A DNA stretch of 64,000 nt from Bigelowiella natans CCMP2755 (taxonomy: Eukaryota > Protista > Cercozoa): assembly GCA_000320545.1 (NCBI GenBank), contig ADNK01000461.1, positions 1 through 64,000 of the forward strand, given 5' to 3'. Within the stretch, counting starts at the first letter, position 1, and every line of letters begins with the position of its first letter. A program made the translations under genes and the position numbers. This document shows positions 39,746-54,489 of this stretch, in pieces. The notes under the pieces were generated by a model that did not search any database, was not told where the DNA came from, and saw only the letters and a list, made by a program, of their open reading frames with translations.

Positions 39746-40320
39746 ATGCCAACTGACACGGTAAACCGAAGCTGTGAACCTTGATCCCTGATATATTAAA
39801 GCTTTCTAAAGCATTCTTAAAGTGTAAAACAACATTTGTAATTGCAGGAAGAGATGGCTCAGATTCTTCTGCAAGCTGCTGCTCTGATTAGAAACACCGA
39901 GGGAAAGAAAAAGAAGCCTTCGCGACAGAGTGGAGTAAAGAAGCGATCACGCAGAACAGCGAGTACAAGAACAACAAGTGCAACACAACCATCTATTCGA
40001 AGTGGGCGAGTTTCTAATAGTAAGAGGCAACGGCTTGCTACCATCCCTCCAGCAGCCCAAGACTCCACTCCTGCATCATCATCAGCTTCTACGACATCCT
40101 CAGAGCCTCCATCGCCTATTGGTATGGAGCCTCATATAGAGGATCAACGTTTAAGACAAACATCAAGACAGATTGGAAGCAGGAGAGCAGGAGCTGTTGA
40201 GCTTGGGGCTTGGCTCAGTGCAATGTAAGTTTTCACAATCACAGCGATATGGGTTGTGCTTATGGTGTTGAAAAATCATTACTCAGGGAAAGAAATGGTC
40301 CAACTATTGCCGTGCATTAA
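39746..40320 (+). CDS. Hypothetical small basic/Ser-rich protein, multi-exon (ends uncertain)
   Basis: ATG-MPTDT, GT-AG intron, then exon EEMAQILLQAAALIRN...ELGAWLSA. No family recognised. Confidence 0.4.
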
Positions 40321-41718
40321 GGCATTAACAAAATGAACGAGGTTTTGATTTATGCGGAGGAGGAAGACGCAACGTTGCAGGTCGTGACAGCGACAAAACA
40401 TCCCTGAGTACTCTTGCCACACTTTCGCGTTCAGGAATGATTGGGAAAATAAATCTTCCACAAGTAGCAAAATTAGTTGGGGCATATCACCTCTCAAACA
40501 TGTACATATAGCACAGAAGTGGCTCGTAAGAGAAGAAGTAATGAACAGAATGAGCAATATAGGATAGCGTGAAACAGCCTTCATGTACAAACCAAGTATT
40601 TCCTTTGAAAATGTATTCATTATGAGGTAAAAGTTACATCTTTGCTTCACAATATTACGGAGCATGCGTATCCCATGTATATTGTACAAATTGGGGTTTC
40701 AGATGCTGCTAGTGCGTAGTACTATGCGGCGTAAGATGGAACCAAATTATATGCATTTGCTCGCTCTTTAATTCCAATCAAAGCTGCTCTGAAATTTGTG
40801 CGTGCAAGCAAAAGTTGTGAGGCATTTTCTCTAATTCTTGCTTTATGGGCCGATGCATACAGTGCGCATATTTTATCATCATGTACATGTACACTTGTAC
40901 ACATGCGCATATGCTCACCTAGTCATGCGCTTCATGAGGATCTAGGGATGGCCATTGTACAAATTTAATTCAAATAATTCATTACATCCGTCGCTACATA
41001 CATGCACTTTCACAGCACACATGCATGCGTGCACATTTTAGACATTTTAAATGGTCTAGTGTCTAGTGCAAAGTGGTGTGACTGTATGTACGCATCGCAC
41101 GTGATCGACACGCGTATATATGTAGTACTGCTACCATAAATTCTAGAATTATTAGAATTAGCGGTTCGGAGCGTAATTCGAATTGTATCATTGCTAGCGT
41201 CAACCGCGCAAGTTCGTGTAAACGTGTCTCTAACTCGTTAAGCAATTTTGGAGTACATCGCTGGACGCAACCTCAGCGCAACTATTACAACAGGACTTTC
41301 TGGGCGCGCATGTCGTGGCTGTGTCTAGCTGCGCGTGCGCTCAACATTTACAAACTAACACAGAATTAAATAAATTCATTTGGACAAGTAACAATTAACC
41401 CTGCTGTTGCTAGCTAGCAACTGCGCGCATTTTATAATTTGGCACGACAAAATAGGCATATCCTGCCACAGACTATGTGTACGTATATAGCTCTAGAGCT
41501 AGCTAACACTAATGTAGAGCTAACCTAGTAACATGCATGTTTCTAGCATGTTTGTTCGCTTGAATTGACACACTACAGACTACGATACACGCGCTGCATG
41601 TGTGCGATGCAAGCACCTACACTATGAGCCGTAGTGTCAACCAAAAACATATGCCATGTGGTGCGTGCGCCATATAAACGGCTACGTACTACACGCCAAC
41701 TGGTCTAGTTTCTCGCTC

Positions 41719-42615
41719 TCACGTATCAAATTGTGCAACATTTACACTTGACGAAATTTCTGCTACTTTTTCTCTTATTTTAACTGCCAATGAAGCAGAT
41801 GATTTTGACAACTTTTCGTTGTTCCTATTTTTTATCGTCATTCCATTATGTGTCTTGAGGCGCTTGAGCGAAAGCTCGTACGTAGGAATCAAATGAATAG
41901 TCGGCCAAGGAGATCTGTTAGCAATGTGAGACATAAATGGCAGCCCCTTTTCCAAACAATGCTGAAACTGGGGTGACCCGTCGTAGTGTGTTTCGTTTAA
42001 TCTCGGATGAAAAGAGATCATGCTTATTGCTCGCAAGGCTGTACTTTCCTGTAAGATGTCGTGAATCTGGCGTTCCGTATGATTTAACGAGCTCCTATTA
42101 TCTTCCAGCTGTTGACGTAATTCAACCTCTAAAGCATGCCCTACTCTCCAAGCTTCGATTTTCGACAGCAGTTCCGTGTTAACAAATCTTTTGAAGCATG
42201 AAGGATTTTCTTGGAATCCCCTCAGTCCGGGAATGACAACCATTGCATGAGGTACATCATTATTTCCCATTCTAGCACGGACATCCTTTGCAGCCATTTT
42301 CACTGTGTTCGTGACCCTAGCAAGTAGATCCGGGGCAAACTCTGAGCAACTTTTTCCCTCTCTTCGATGATCTAATCTTCGCCTCTCAGCTTCACCGTCT
42401 GAGTGTTTACAGACCACTATTTCCAGACTGCCGGTGGACACGTAAGGGCAAATATTGTAACGAGCAACACATGATCGAATCCATTTTTCAGTCATCTGCT
42501 CTACCTCTGACATAGTTTGCGGACAAAGGGTATAATGTGCAGCTCTTCCTTTCTTTATGTGGGAGGCAAATGGAAAGGAAGAAATAAATCTTTTGAAGGA
42601 ACGTGGAGAAGACAT
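41719..42615 (-). CDS. DUF1415-family protein, intronless, with organelle-transit-like N-terminus
   Basis: KWIRSCVARYNICPYV, ISFHP and NRSPWPTIHLI match the DUF1415 motifs (W...V..xNLCPFA; FHP; NRSPxPxxHL). Ser/Arg/Phe-rich leader. Confidence 0.75.
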   Translation of the reverse strand: MSSPRSFKRFISSFPFASHIKKGRAAHYTLCPQTMSEVEQMTEKWIRSCVARYNICPYVSTGSLEIVVCKHSDGEAERRRLDHRREGKSCSEFAPDLLARVTNTVKMAAKDVRARMGNNDVPHAMVVIPGLRGFQENPSCFKRFVNTELLSKIEAWRVGHALEVELRQQLEDNRSSLNHTERQIHDILQESTALRAISMISFHPRLNETHYDGSPQFQHCLEKGLPFMSHIANRSPWPTIHLIPTYELSLKRLKTHNGMTIKNRNNEKLSKSSASLAVKIREKVAEISSSVNVAQFDT

Positions 42616-43005
42616 TTGGATCTATGAAAGGGTTTTCCCTCCTCCTCTTCCTCCTCCGCTACTATTCTCCTGCGCACCAGTTGTTGTCTTTGTTGTTGTC
42701 ATTTTGGATTTTTTATTAAACCAATAAAATCCAATTTCGTCTTTTCCTTCTTTCTCTTTAACTGTTGTCGTAACAGTGTTTCTTGTTTGGATATATCTGT
42801 ACAAGCAGTAGAAGAAGTAGTATCTAGATCTAAATATATCGACAACTATCTCACCACCACCAATTACTTACTATTCGTACTACAGTATCGTTGTCGTTAA
42901 CTACTTACTACCTACCTCCATTACCAACCATCATAGTAGGGAAGAAGGAGCGAGCTCACACGAAAACAGAACTCATAACTATTGAAGCTCCGAGAATCAC
43001 TAACA

Positions 43006-45867
43006 ATGCTCGGAGACAACCCCTCCTTCGACCATTCCCCCACAATCAACAACGCTCTTGCATCTTCAAAGAATCTTAGCTTTTCCCACATTCCCCAAGA
43101 TGACGTACAAGAAGGAAAAGATCAACTTCTAGACCTTGATGAACATGGAAACCCTAAGAGAGAACCGGTTGTGACCTTTGTGATCTTTTCTAAATTAACT
43201 TGAAGTTGGTTGAAACACATTAATTGCAGGGTACAGCCGGAATGTTCTCTTGCATCATGAATCTAAGCAACACAATACTCGGAGGTAATAATAATCCTTA
43301 TTTTATTCATGAAATTATGGTGTAACTCACAACATGCGTGGATGAACGTGACGAACAAGAAAAGGCTAGTGCTTACTGCTGTATTTCTCTGATATATGTT
43401 CATATTCATGAAGCTGGAATGCTGGGTCTACCTCATGCTTTCGCTTCCAGGTAGTAGATTTATTCGCTCATCATGGTTATATTGCCTTCCTAATTTGAAA
43501 TTTAATTTACCAGTGGATACTTGCTTGGATCAATTCTATTATTTGTCTTTGCGCTCCTAAGTGGTTTCGGTAAAATACTACTAGTTGATACCTACCTTTG
43601 TTTATGCTTCAAAGAGATAATACTGATGCTACTACCACTGCTACAATTACGAAAATGTTAGGGTTATACCTTTTGGCAAATATATCCGTGGATCATTTCT
43701 CTGGTGATATCATTTCTTCGTTCTATTACTAATGATTCTAAAAAAAATCCTGCAAATTTAGAGAAGCGCAATGCTACGTTCTACAATGTTGCAACGAAAG
43801 CCTTCTCACAGGTATGATGATAATGCACTTTGCTTCAAGATCTAGAATTATTGTTTCGATGGTATGTATGTATGTATGTAGGGCGCGCTAGTTATTGATG
43901 TTGCGGTAGCAGTCAAGTGCTTCGGGGTTGGAACTTCTTATCTTATCGTCGTCGGGTTGCAGAAATATTTTTCGAAAGATGATAAATGCACCCTAGTTTT
44001 ACATTTCTCCGTATCGCTAAAATATACAGGGATCTCTTGCCGAAAGCATTCAGTTCAATGGGAGCTTGTAATATGTGCTCACAATCTAATTATTAAAATC
44101 TAATCATACGCTTATGTTGCCATGATTTTTCTTCATATGTGTCAATCGAACATGGTACTACTGTTCTCTGTGTAGCTGGTATCATTACAGATCGGAGATT
44201 TGTCATAACCCTTTTAATGGCTGGGGTGGTAGCACCGCTTTGCTGTCTTAAAAGTAATAGTATATCGTTTCTGTATAGAAATTTTTGTGCATGTGAAATA
44301 ATCATTCGGGCAGTTTTATTGAAGAGTATATGCGTTTGAATTTTTAATTCCTAATATTCTATCTCCAGAACTTGATGCACTACGATTTACCAGCACGCTT
44401 TCCATTGGATTCGTTGTATTTGTGACCTGCATTGTATTCGCATATGCTGTATCCCCAGATTTAAAGGTTAGTGCCAAAACATATGAGAGAATGTGGCGGG
44501 AGTGGTATTTGACAGCATAGATTCTATTTAGATCGATCCTGAAGATGTTGGCCCAACACAAATGGTGATAGGAAATGACGATACCTTCAAAATCTTGACA
44601 ATATTCATTTTTGGGTAATGCATTGATCACCTAACTTGGTCTACTGTTGCTTTAAGTAAACACTCTAAGTAAACATGCTATCAACTTATTTTTCTTTAGG
44701 TATACATGTCATCAAAATATATTCTCAATCTGTAATGAGCTGAAAGACCTTAATAAACCCAGAATAAATACTGTCATTGTTTCATCAAGTAACTCACTCA
44801 TTCAACTATGTGATCTGTTGATGATCTTATTTCTGAGTGAATAATAATTCTAGTTTCTAGCGCACTATTTGTGTATTTGGTCATCGCTATCTCTGGGTAT
44901 GCAACATTCGGTTCAAAGGTAATGCCAAAATGAGCATCACCATCATCATCCTCATTATATCGTCGTCGTTGTTTTGTGTAGGTATCTGGAGATGCACTTG
45001 AAATGTATCCAACCACGCCACTCTTGACAGTTACGAGGTGTTGGTACACAATATGACAAAGAAGAAAAATAGAAAAAGGAGACGACAACAACGACAATGA
45101 CGTGAAATATGTTCTTGTTTGAAGAGCATTGTTTATTTCGTAGGGTATTCGTGGCAATTCTCGTTGTATGCAGTTTTCCTCTGCAGGTTGCTTGACCATG
45201 AACCATATGTCTTTATGGCCAAGGGGCTGAATCCCTCTATTGTATCCGAGTGTTGCGTGTGTGTGTGTGTGTTTGTGTGCGATGTGTGTTTCATTCGATG
45301 TGAACGTATTCACCATAATTTGATTATCATATTTTAGTGTTTCCCATGCCGACATAGTACTGAACAAATTGTCACTAGTATCCTCGGCGCACCAGAGGTA
45401 TAGATTTGTATAATGGGGCTTGAGTAATCTCGTGACAGCAACTTTCGACATATTTACCACAGAGCGATATGATTAAGCAACGTCGCTGGTGGATCATTAC
45501 AGCTTGTATTTGCATTTTGGCATGGTTTATCTCTATGGTTGTCACTAGTCTCGGTAATTCTTGATATGTAGGAAACTTTGCGTTTCATTTTCTACCACAA
45601 AGACACATTAACTTAAATCAATTATTTCTTCAAGGATTGGTACTTTCAGTGGTCGGAGCCACAGGATCCACTACAATCAGTTATATTTTGCCAGGTAAGA
45701 TCCTTTTTGTGTGTACAATTTGCAACTACTAATTATTCGTTTTAGGTTTCGTTTACTATTCCTTACAAAGAGAATGGTCGATATTGCGTGTTCTCGCGTT
45801 TGCTCAATTTGTATTGGGATGCATTATTATTCCTTCAGCACTCACATTTATATTCTTGTATCAGTAA
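43006..45867 (+). CDS. Amino acid transporter, Aa_trans (SLC38/AVT-like), multi-exon
   Basis: GTAGMFSCIMNLSNTILG|AGMLGLPHAFASSG, AVAVKCFGVGTSYLIVVGDLLP, YTCHQNIFSICNEL, GYATFG, VVGATGSTTISYILPG. Stop at 45865-45867. Confidence 0.9.
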
Positions 45868-45896
45868 AAATCTGATCTAAATGAAATGAGAATTTT

Positions 45897-45960
45897 GCTA
45901 TGAAATCAAAACCTTATTGTAAAACATGGCTATGAAATCAAAACCTTATTGTAAAGCATG
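45897..45960. repeat. 32-bp tandem duplication just downstream of the transporter stop
   Basis: GCTATGAAATCAAAACCTTATTGTAAA(A/G)CATG x2. Confidence 0.9.
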
Positions 45961-46474
45961 CATGGATGTATACATATGTTAAAAATGTATTACAGCTCAT
46001 ATTTCTCTAACGAGCGACACTTCAATGCCATATTTGTTTATTTGGGAAGGAATACTACGTCTAAGCTCTAAGATTGTGCAAACAAGCATTTATTACGCGC
46101 GTAAGAAAATTAAAAAGTAGCGTTTTAATTTATGATACCGCAATACGTGTTCGCATCAGCGATGCAAACTGTCCATGCCATATACAATGGGTTTGTCTAC
46201 TATTGCACGAATATACACGAGTGTGATCACTATTTGCTAGCAAAGCGTATATTGCACATGAGGAATGTGCTAAATGCATGTGTTATGATTTCTTTATGCC
46301 TGTGAATGTTGATTAAAGTTCAGTTAGTGTGAATTTAATTAATTGGCTTCACTTTGCCAAATGATATGTGGTAGCTACATAGGCCAATTATAATGAATCG
46401 AAATCATCATGATGCGATCTTGCATGAGCTGATATTATTTTAGATTAGTCTAGGCCGCAATGCAATCGCCCCGA

Positions 46475-49400
46475 TTACGATCCCACATTCTCAGCAGGTG
46501 GAAAATCAGGAGTGAGAGGTCCACAACCACTAAATGCAATCTCGATCCAATTTGCGTTCTTACACTCCCATGCATGCTTGATTCTGCTGCCAATCTCAGT
46601 AATATTCCTTTCATTCCATCCCAGTAAAATTTGGATGCCTAAATGTGAAATGAGCAAGAAGATTTCTTCTAATTATGCTGAGGTCATATCCTCATGGATC
46701 ATCAGTCACATTGTAGAATCTCTTCATCATTTCAATGTATTTGAGTCGGTCGTAACAATTTTTTTTCTATGTTACATTGATGAAGAACGGCGATACTGAC
46801 ATCATCCTTTGTTATTCGGTGAGGCACGTGGTGCATTTCTGCTCGGACTAGAAAATCATTGTGCGCATGTCCTACAACCAAAATGAACACTAAAAATCGA
46901 ATGAAGGCTAGACTAGCAAAATAACAGCTCTCTTCTTCACCTTCTTCTTTATTTCTTTTCAGTCAATACCTGTAAAATGGTTTTGACGTGCTTCTGTAAA
47001 CGGATCTAGCACGTACTGGTGCTCTAACGGGAAACTAAACAATATTAGCATAGAAGAAAATATAAATACATCAACTTCTCACGGAAACACGTATTTACCT
47101 GCTTAAATCATTTGGAGCTTCATTTTGAAATCCTATATCCGGAACATGCACTCCAGCGTAAAATGCGTGATTAACCCATTTTGCTAGCGAAGCTGTGCCT
47201 TTAAAAGTGTGCATTATGTATCAGTTTTGATTAGTATATAATAATTATCAGGCCAGGTGTAGAAAATATTGGCGTCGAATCAGCAATCACAAGGTATCAA
47301 ACGAGGGTTATAACTCCATAAAAGTTAAGGTACTAATCTCTATTCCATGCGTTTAAATTATAAATCCCTAACACTGTACTATTCTACACACATACAACAA
47401 TAACAAACATACTATTCTGCAAGTTCTAAGTACATATCTTTCAAAAATAATGATCTGCAATTTTACAACATACGAATGTAATTGTCGCCCATATGCGATA
47501 TGATACATCCAGATGCATTATAATAGACGCCTCTTTTGTGCACATTTTCATCGTTTATAGCTCCATAGCCATGATGAGGCATTGTCACACCCGACGGATA
47601 CCTATTGAAAATTTTAAGGGACGTAAATAGTAGCATGGGCAAAAATTTAGCTTCTTCTTCCCCTTCTTCTTCTTCTTTACTAAATACTGTCTGTATAGCC
47701 ACTGACTACATATAACTCCACCAGAACAAGACGTTACTATAATTTCCTTATGGAACGCATTGTCACTAGTTTATTATCCTTTATCCTACTTCCCAGTTTT
47801 ACTACTTTGAAGAGTAATAGGTTCACTATTTCAGTTTTAAAAATTAATAATACTGACTCGCTGTGATCCAGCACTTGAAAAGGTGTGATTTTACAGTGTG
47901 TGCAACCGTCATCATTTTCGAAATTCTTTTCCATCAAAGATGCATTAAACCAGGAGTACTCCAGGAATGAAAGAGTACGAGCATCAGAATATTTTTTCTG
48001 CGTCAAAACATCTCGCAAGTCACGAAAAGAACCCAGAGGTTGAAAGAACTCATCAGCCTGAGCATTTAGTACCTAAAAGAAATCATCAATTGAGACATGT
48101 TGGCGTGTTTGAATTTTAAATTTTTATCGTCATCAGATTATAAAAAGTATGCGTGTTGTTACTCAGATTCCAGCAGTATGTTGTATCTGTAAGATTTTAT
48201 TCAGGTAGATAGCTTCCATGCTGATAAATAATAGAGAAGACCCAGTGATAGTGCTCTTTTGCTCGCCACATGCAATTATCGTAAGCGCTGAGGTGCGAAA
48301 TCTCGATCTCAAATCCTCGAGGGTGATATGGCCATGGAATAAGGCTTACCTGGAGTATTATTATTTAGTAGTAGTAGTCAATAGTAGCAGTCGTAGTGGA
48401 ACCAGTGGCTGCAGCAGTATAGACAAACACACATTCTCACACAAACATACAAACGCACAAATGCAATATTGCTATTGCATTTATCGGGGTGACGATTGTA
48501 GTGGTGAAAATCAGCGACTATTGCAAGGAAAAATTGTACACCATAAATTACTTACTTGCTCATACTCATTATTGACCGGGAAAATTTATCTATCATTTAA
48601 GTACCGCTTCAAGATCCACGACCCGTGATAATCCTGTCCAAATTGCCTCGTACTCGTCTACAAAGAGGAAACTGCCGTTGGATTCTTGGCTACGGCGAAG
48701 ATTGTTCGTTCTTGGGATCATATACACAAACACCTAAATCGAAATTTGCATGATCAGGCGAAAACAAGGACAGACAATACAAGAAATTGGACAGTGAATG
48801 ACCCTAGCAAAAGCATTTCATATGTGAATGAAGCTATATCAATATTACTGAGGAAATTAAAACCAAAGGTACGTCGATCATCACACTGATGCATAACTTC
48901 TAACATTCTCCCTTGCAACAAATGATTGTGATGATAATGATGATAATAATGATGACGATAAAGATTAGGATGATGTTGAAATCACCTGTTCTACACCAAC
49001 AAGTAAATGATATGCTATCCAGGAGATAATGCGCTCTGTTTCAGAGTCATATTGCGGATTGACTACTGTACACATCGCAAGCTGTTTATGTTGTTTTCGC
49101 TGCTGATAACGATGGTTTTCTCCTCCTCTCATAGTTGATAGAATTATGTTATTGAATTTATCATCGTGATACTCTACTGTTTCTAATTTCTTGCTTTTTC
49201 CAGAATCAGCAGCTATGCTTTCATTTTCACCATCGTCGATATTACTACTGTAGTGTTTATAGTGGTAGCCTGTGTTTTTCTTTCTCTTTTTCGTCTCTTC
49301 TCCTTCCACATTGCTGATCTTCCTATTCTCATCGTCATACTCTCTTATCCCAATCTCCTCCTCGTGGTGATCAGAAGAAACAGAAGAAGGGGACGAGTAG

Positions 49401-49563
49401 ACGGGATACAATCGATGTGGACAGATGAGAATTGGGAAATATCGCTCCTTTTTTGCCCGAATTAGAGATGCCACAATAGGCTCTCGAGCTTCAAATTAAC
49501 AAACCAATAGACAAGAGAATACATAACAAAAATTCGTGTTGATGTATGTGTGTAGTATGTGTG

Positions 49564-49615
<52 letters not shown>

Positions 49616-49737
49616 AGAATGCTTCTATGTGTGTCATCGCTCATCGAGATTTCAATATCTCCCAGGAATTGTAGTAGAGAATCAAGTACCCTACATAATC
49701 ATCACCACCTGCTATCTTCATTTTTGCTATCATTTTC

Positions 49738-49780
<43 letters not shown>

Positions 49781-49796
49781 GTGGGTGTGTGCGAGA

Positions 49797-49845
<49 letters not shown>

Positions 49846-51541
49846 AAATGACAGCGAGAGAGTGAGGGATGAGAGAGTCGTGTGGTCTGAGTGAGTGTGT
49901 AAATATTTAACTTATAAAATGATTAATTAATCTGACTATTCCTATGTACTTGTTAGAATCTTGCGTGTGCTGTTTTCAAGCCGGCAGATAACGAACACAT
50001 TAAATTGACACATTCTGGATATTATGAAGGGGGGGGGGTTGAGATTTTATACCACGCATTCATGTTATATGTGCGTGTTCATGAGTGCCTGCAAGTGCCT
50101 TACTGTGCGTAGGGACTGTTTATGTTAGTATAAATATACTATTCACAAACACACGCGCATAAATATTCATATTTATATATAATCTTATCTACCTATAGTT
50201 GTCATAATCCTTGGGCGGGGCTGTTTGATCATCGTACTGTTCATCAAATTCATTGTGAAGTTTTACGGGCTCACAACGCGTCCTCTGTATTAGTGAGGGG
50301 AAAGATGGCGATTTTTTGCCCTCCCCCTCAATCGGACTGCGAGAATTGGTATCATCGGCACTAACAGTATTGCCATGACTACTACTGTCTGAATTGTCCA
50401 TGCTGCCGTATATTTCAACCTTAAGTTACATATAGCGTAAAATGAAATCATCAGAATGAGAACCCTTGAAGAAGAAGAAGAAGAAGAAGAAGAAGAAGAA
50501 GAAATAGAAGAGGGAGTGGATGTGAAAATAATAATGCGGAGTACATGGATGCAAATGAGCTATTCTTCACTCCACCCATAGCTATTGCTGCTGCTTACTA
50601 CCCTCAACACCACCACCATTTTAATAATTCTATTTAGTAAAAATTGAACAAATAACCTGAAAGGCATACGCCGTGTAGTTCATCCGAACGCAAATAGGCG
50701 TTCTATCCCTGACAAGATGCTCTTCTGGGCCCGCCATAGGTGTTAATTGGAAAATAATTGCATCCTGCCAACGACTTGCAAATGCATCCAGTAATACAGG
50801 TACCGGCCATTGTGTACGAGCGTGTTTCGGCCATAGGAATGAAGGTCTCGAGCTTTTATTCTGCCACGAACAGCAAGGTATGGCCTCATGCATCCAGGGA
50901 GACGGGTAACGTCCACCACAAGAGGTTATTCCAGGAGCCGAATCGAGTAGCCCTTTGAAGAGCGATATATTCGCTTTTGGTCTTACTGCGGAGAGTGATG
51001 ATTCTTTTAGTCGAAAGGGTCCAATTTGCTCAACAATGATGTAGCTCCTGTCATCCACCCAACGCTTTCTTACATTTGCTGTATCGTTACTGCCCTCATG
51101 ATTCTGATAATGATTTTTCGATCTCTTCTGATAAGTTTCTCCTTTGTCGCTGATCGGCCTGTCGCCATCAAAACCATCACTACCGGGGCTGTTTGATAGA
51201 TAGTTGTCTTCTTTCCCTTCAATTGCTATTGTGCTAGATTCTTCTTGGTCCTCCTGTTTCTCTTTTTCACCAATAATCCTACGGTTTATACGATCGACAT
51301 TAATCTTCTTCTGCCCCCCTTCCTCCCGTTTTCCTCTCTCGCCCAGCACCAGCTCCACGGATGCACTATTTAATTCGTCTTCACGCGAAATTTTGGGATT
51401 CACTTGCTCAAAGTCCTCATACAATACTCTCTCTCGTCGAAGCTGAGATATGATAAAAACGCATCCAACTAGGGTTGAAGCGACTAAAGCTATGCCCATA
51501 GATCGCACCAGCATTCGGTTGGGACACGAGCTAAGCAGCAT
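46475..51541 (-). CDS. Type II membrane glycosyltransferase, GT92/DUF23-like, multi-exon (3' end approximate; joining of ORFs inferred)
   Basis: N-terminal TM GIALVASTLVGCVFIIS, a charged stem, LAMCTVV...ISWIAYHLLVGVEQ (GT92-type EWIxYH..G motif) and QADEFFQP (DxD-like). ORFs 50630-51541, 50189-50401 and 48965-49474 can be joined by GT-AG introns. Confidence 0.6.
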
Positions 51542-51620
51542 TCGAAGTAATCATAGAGGTATTCTCTCTCCAGCCAATTTCAACTCTAGATGAAGAATTC
51601 GATAGAAAGGAACTCCAGAA

Positions 51621-52738
51621 TTAAACGTGGAGATTCAATTGGGTATCGTCGCGCTCTATTCCAGTCATCACATCGAAGATGAACGGCGATGAATTCATCA
51701 TTTTTACACGATAACGTGATCCTCCATCCCGAGTATTACTACTATTCTTCAACTTGTTCTGGACGGCCGAGATTTGTTCCAGGATAATCCGGGATTTGAA
51801 TATATAACCGGCATTTTCGACCTCTCCAAATCTCCAGAGAGTCTCCGCAGTGTCGTACCCCATCCCACACCCCCCTCAGCAAGAGCCTGGCTCCTTGACA
51901 CATTTGGGTGGGTAAACTATTGACTTTATCGCAGCATTGTCCAAATTTTGATTTATATATACTATCTATATTGTTCAGGTAGTGAAAGGGAGAGGGAAAC
52001 GAGCGTGGGAGCTTATTATCCGAGATGTGGCATTTGTTGCATTCCTGCATCAATCTCCACATATTTCCACATGGCTTAGTTCTTACAACCGCTATATTTC
52101 TGGTGAATAGCCTGTACTCGATGGTTCTTGAATGATCAATACTAATGGTTTTCCGCCCCTATCCTGTTTCGCCTTTTCTTTTATAATACTTCACAGACCT
52201 GTTCGACACAATCTTGCCACGGAACTACTTTAGTAGCGCATCTGGAAGATTCTAATGTGGAACTAGCACACCGAACAGAGAACCAAAAGTTAATGACTCT
52301 TCGAGGAGGTGCACTTATACCAAATGAATTTTGGCAGCCATGGAAAGCATTCGACAGATTTGGCAATTTAAATGGAGATCAGCATATCAAACGGCGACGG
52401 CGAAAGTAATGAATTTGTATTCGCGACAAATCGTGATCATTGCACGCTTAAAACCTTTCAATATTTCTTGGAAGTATTTGTCAATTATCACCGCCGCCTC
52501 GTACTTTATAACTTTCGAATTTATCTTCTTCTTTGTTGTTCAGAACCAAAAAACTTCGGAAGAGGAACTTGATTAGGCCTAGACGATATGCGAAGCATGT
52601 TTGGACAGAACCGATGATGACTCCCTTCGGCATAATAGATTCTCCAAATCCAAAGCTTTTGGAAAAGGTTGAGCTTATGTCGTCGTCATCCTCGTCGTTC
52701 GCTTGTTGGTTCTTGTTGCTGCTGCTTTGCACATTCAT
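51621..52738 (-). CDS. Hypothetical protein, probably multi-exon
   Basis: Series of same-strand ORF pieces in coding-like composition. No family recognised. Confidence 0.3.
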
Positions 52739-52880
52739 TAGAAATTGTTGACGTCATCTAGCCCCAAAATATTAAGTTTATCATTCCTACCTTGATTTTC
52801 TGACTCAGCCACAAGCAAATTATTTCAAGTTCTATGACTACTATTGGGATGGATTACCTCCTGTGTACTACAGGTGTTGC

Positions 52881-52921
<41 letters not shown>

Positions 52922-53065
52922 CGACTACTGCTACAACTACCGCTTCTTACTGCCACTCCTTCAGCCACAATCATCATCAATTATTATATTTTCCTGCTTC
53001 AGCAAAAACATACCTAATGTATCGATATTAGGCCATTTTTTCGCTGCACTCGAAAAGGGGACCAT

Positions 53066-54373
53066 ATGCTGAGTACATTTACACCTAAGCCTCGGAGGAA
53101 AAGAAGATGGCGCCGAATACATATGTTTTGGAGACGGATTTGGGCAGGAATGTTTGATGATGCCCCGGGGGTGAGTGACTTAGTTGGAGAGGTTGCTGTT
53201 GTATGTGGAACCAACAATAAATATACAGAAGAAGCAGAGAAATTTCGGCAAATTTTGCCGTGTAAGCAATGAGATTCCGTGGAAACTAATCCCAATGGTA
53301 CTTTTTCTTATACTATTTTAGGACAGTGTCACCAAGGACATTGATGTTCCAGTATCCGGCATTGATCGAGCAGATAGATATGGACACCAAGTTAACTGGA
53401 CAAAAATCTATGCCGATTGGCCTTTTCAAGTATCAGAAACTCTTTCAACAAGCAACAAGTTAACATCTGTAATTCTAACATTTATAATATTTCTTTCAGG
53501 AAGAGATTGAAGAAAATATGGAAAAAGAGCTAGATCAATACGTAATGCGCGATTTCCTTCGGATTGTATGTTGTCGTAGCTGCCCGATTGAATTCCTGTT
53601 TCTTTTCTGTCTAGTACCGTATTATCTTTTTTGTTGGGATATATTTTAGAATAAGATCGCGTCCATTTTCACCATTTATTTTACCGTTTTATATTTTTGT
53701 TAGGAAGACTACATTGTTCGAAGTTTTTTCTGGAAATGTTTGAGCTGGGGGGTGTGGATCGGGACCATCGTCATGTTCCACAAAGTATTTAGAAGTAGTA
53801 GTAGGAGGAGGAGAAAGAGGGGAAGGAGGAATTGCGGTGTTGCAGTAATATGTGGATCCATCACATTTTCGGTGGAGCTCGATTATATTTATTTGAATCA
53901 ATCGATGGTGAACTAACTTATCGTTCTTTCCCCTTCGTTCATACGCACGATATCATCAGCGGCATCCATATGTTTCAAACCTGAAAAAATGGAGACGAGC
54001 GACCATAGGGCATTTTCTAAGTAGAGAACAACAGGCATTAGCTTACAAGGATGGAATCATAGGAATTGAAGATCTTGACTTCCGAAAGTAAGTCAGCAGT
54101 AGTTGCATTCATAAGTATTAGAAACAGCAGCAGTAGACAGAGGAAGTAGTAGTAGTAGTAGTAGTAGTTGTTGTTGTTGTTTTATAGTAAGCAGCTGTTG
54201 TCAAAATAATATATTTGTACCGCAACAGTAGCTGTTATTTACATAGTTGAGCCCGAATCTTAGTAACAAAATTTATCTGTCATAGGGTCAAGAAAGATGA
54301 TTTCTTCAACCCACGCTACGATGATATTCTTACACCTGAAGAACGTGCCGAAATGGCAGCTAGAGAAAGTTGA
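53066..54373 (+). CDS. Hypothetical protein with Arg-rich mitochondrial-like leader and one TM segment, multi-exon
   Basis: Exons MLSTFTPKPRRKRRW..., DSVTKDIDVP...WPFQ, EDYIVRSFFWKCLSWGVWIGTIVMFHK and VKKDDFFNPRYDDILTPEERAEMAARES-stop, joined by GT-AG introns. Confidence 0.55.
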
Positions 54374-54489
54374 TAGCCAGATTTCTTCATTATGGTTGTA
54401 GAAGCGGGAGAAATAAGTAGGAGGTGCCAATGACGACACTAATTGCCGGGAACAACACGGTAAGCTTGCTACTGTTACCGTTATTAAGA

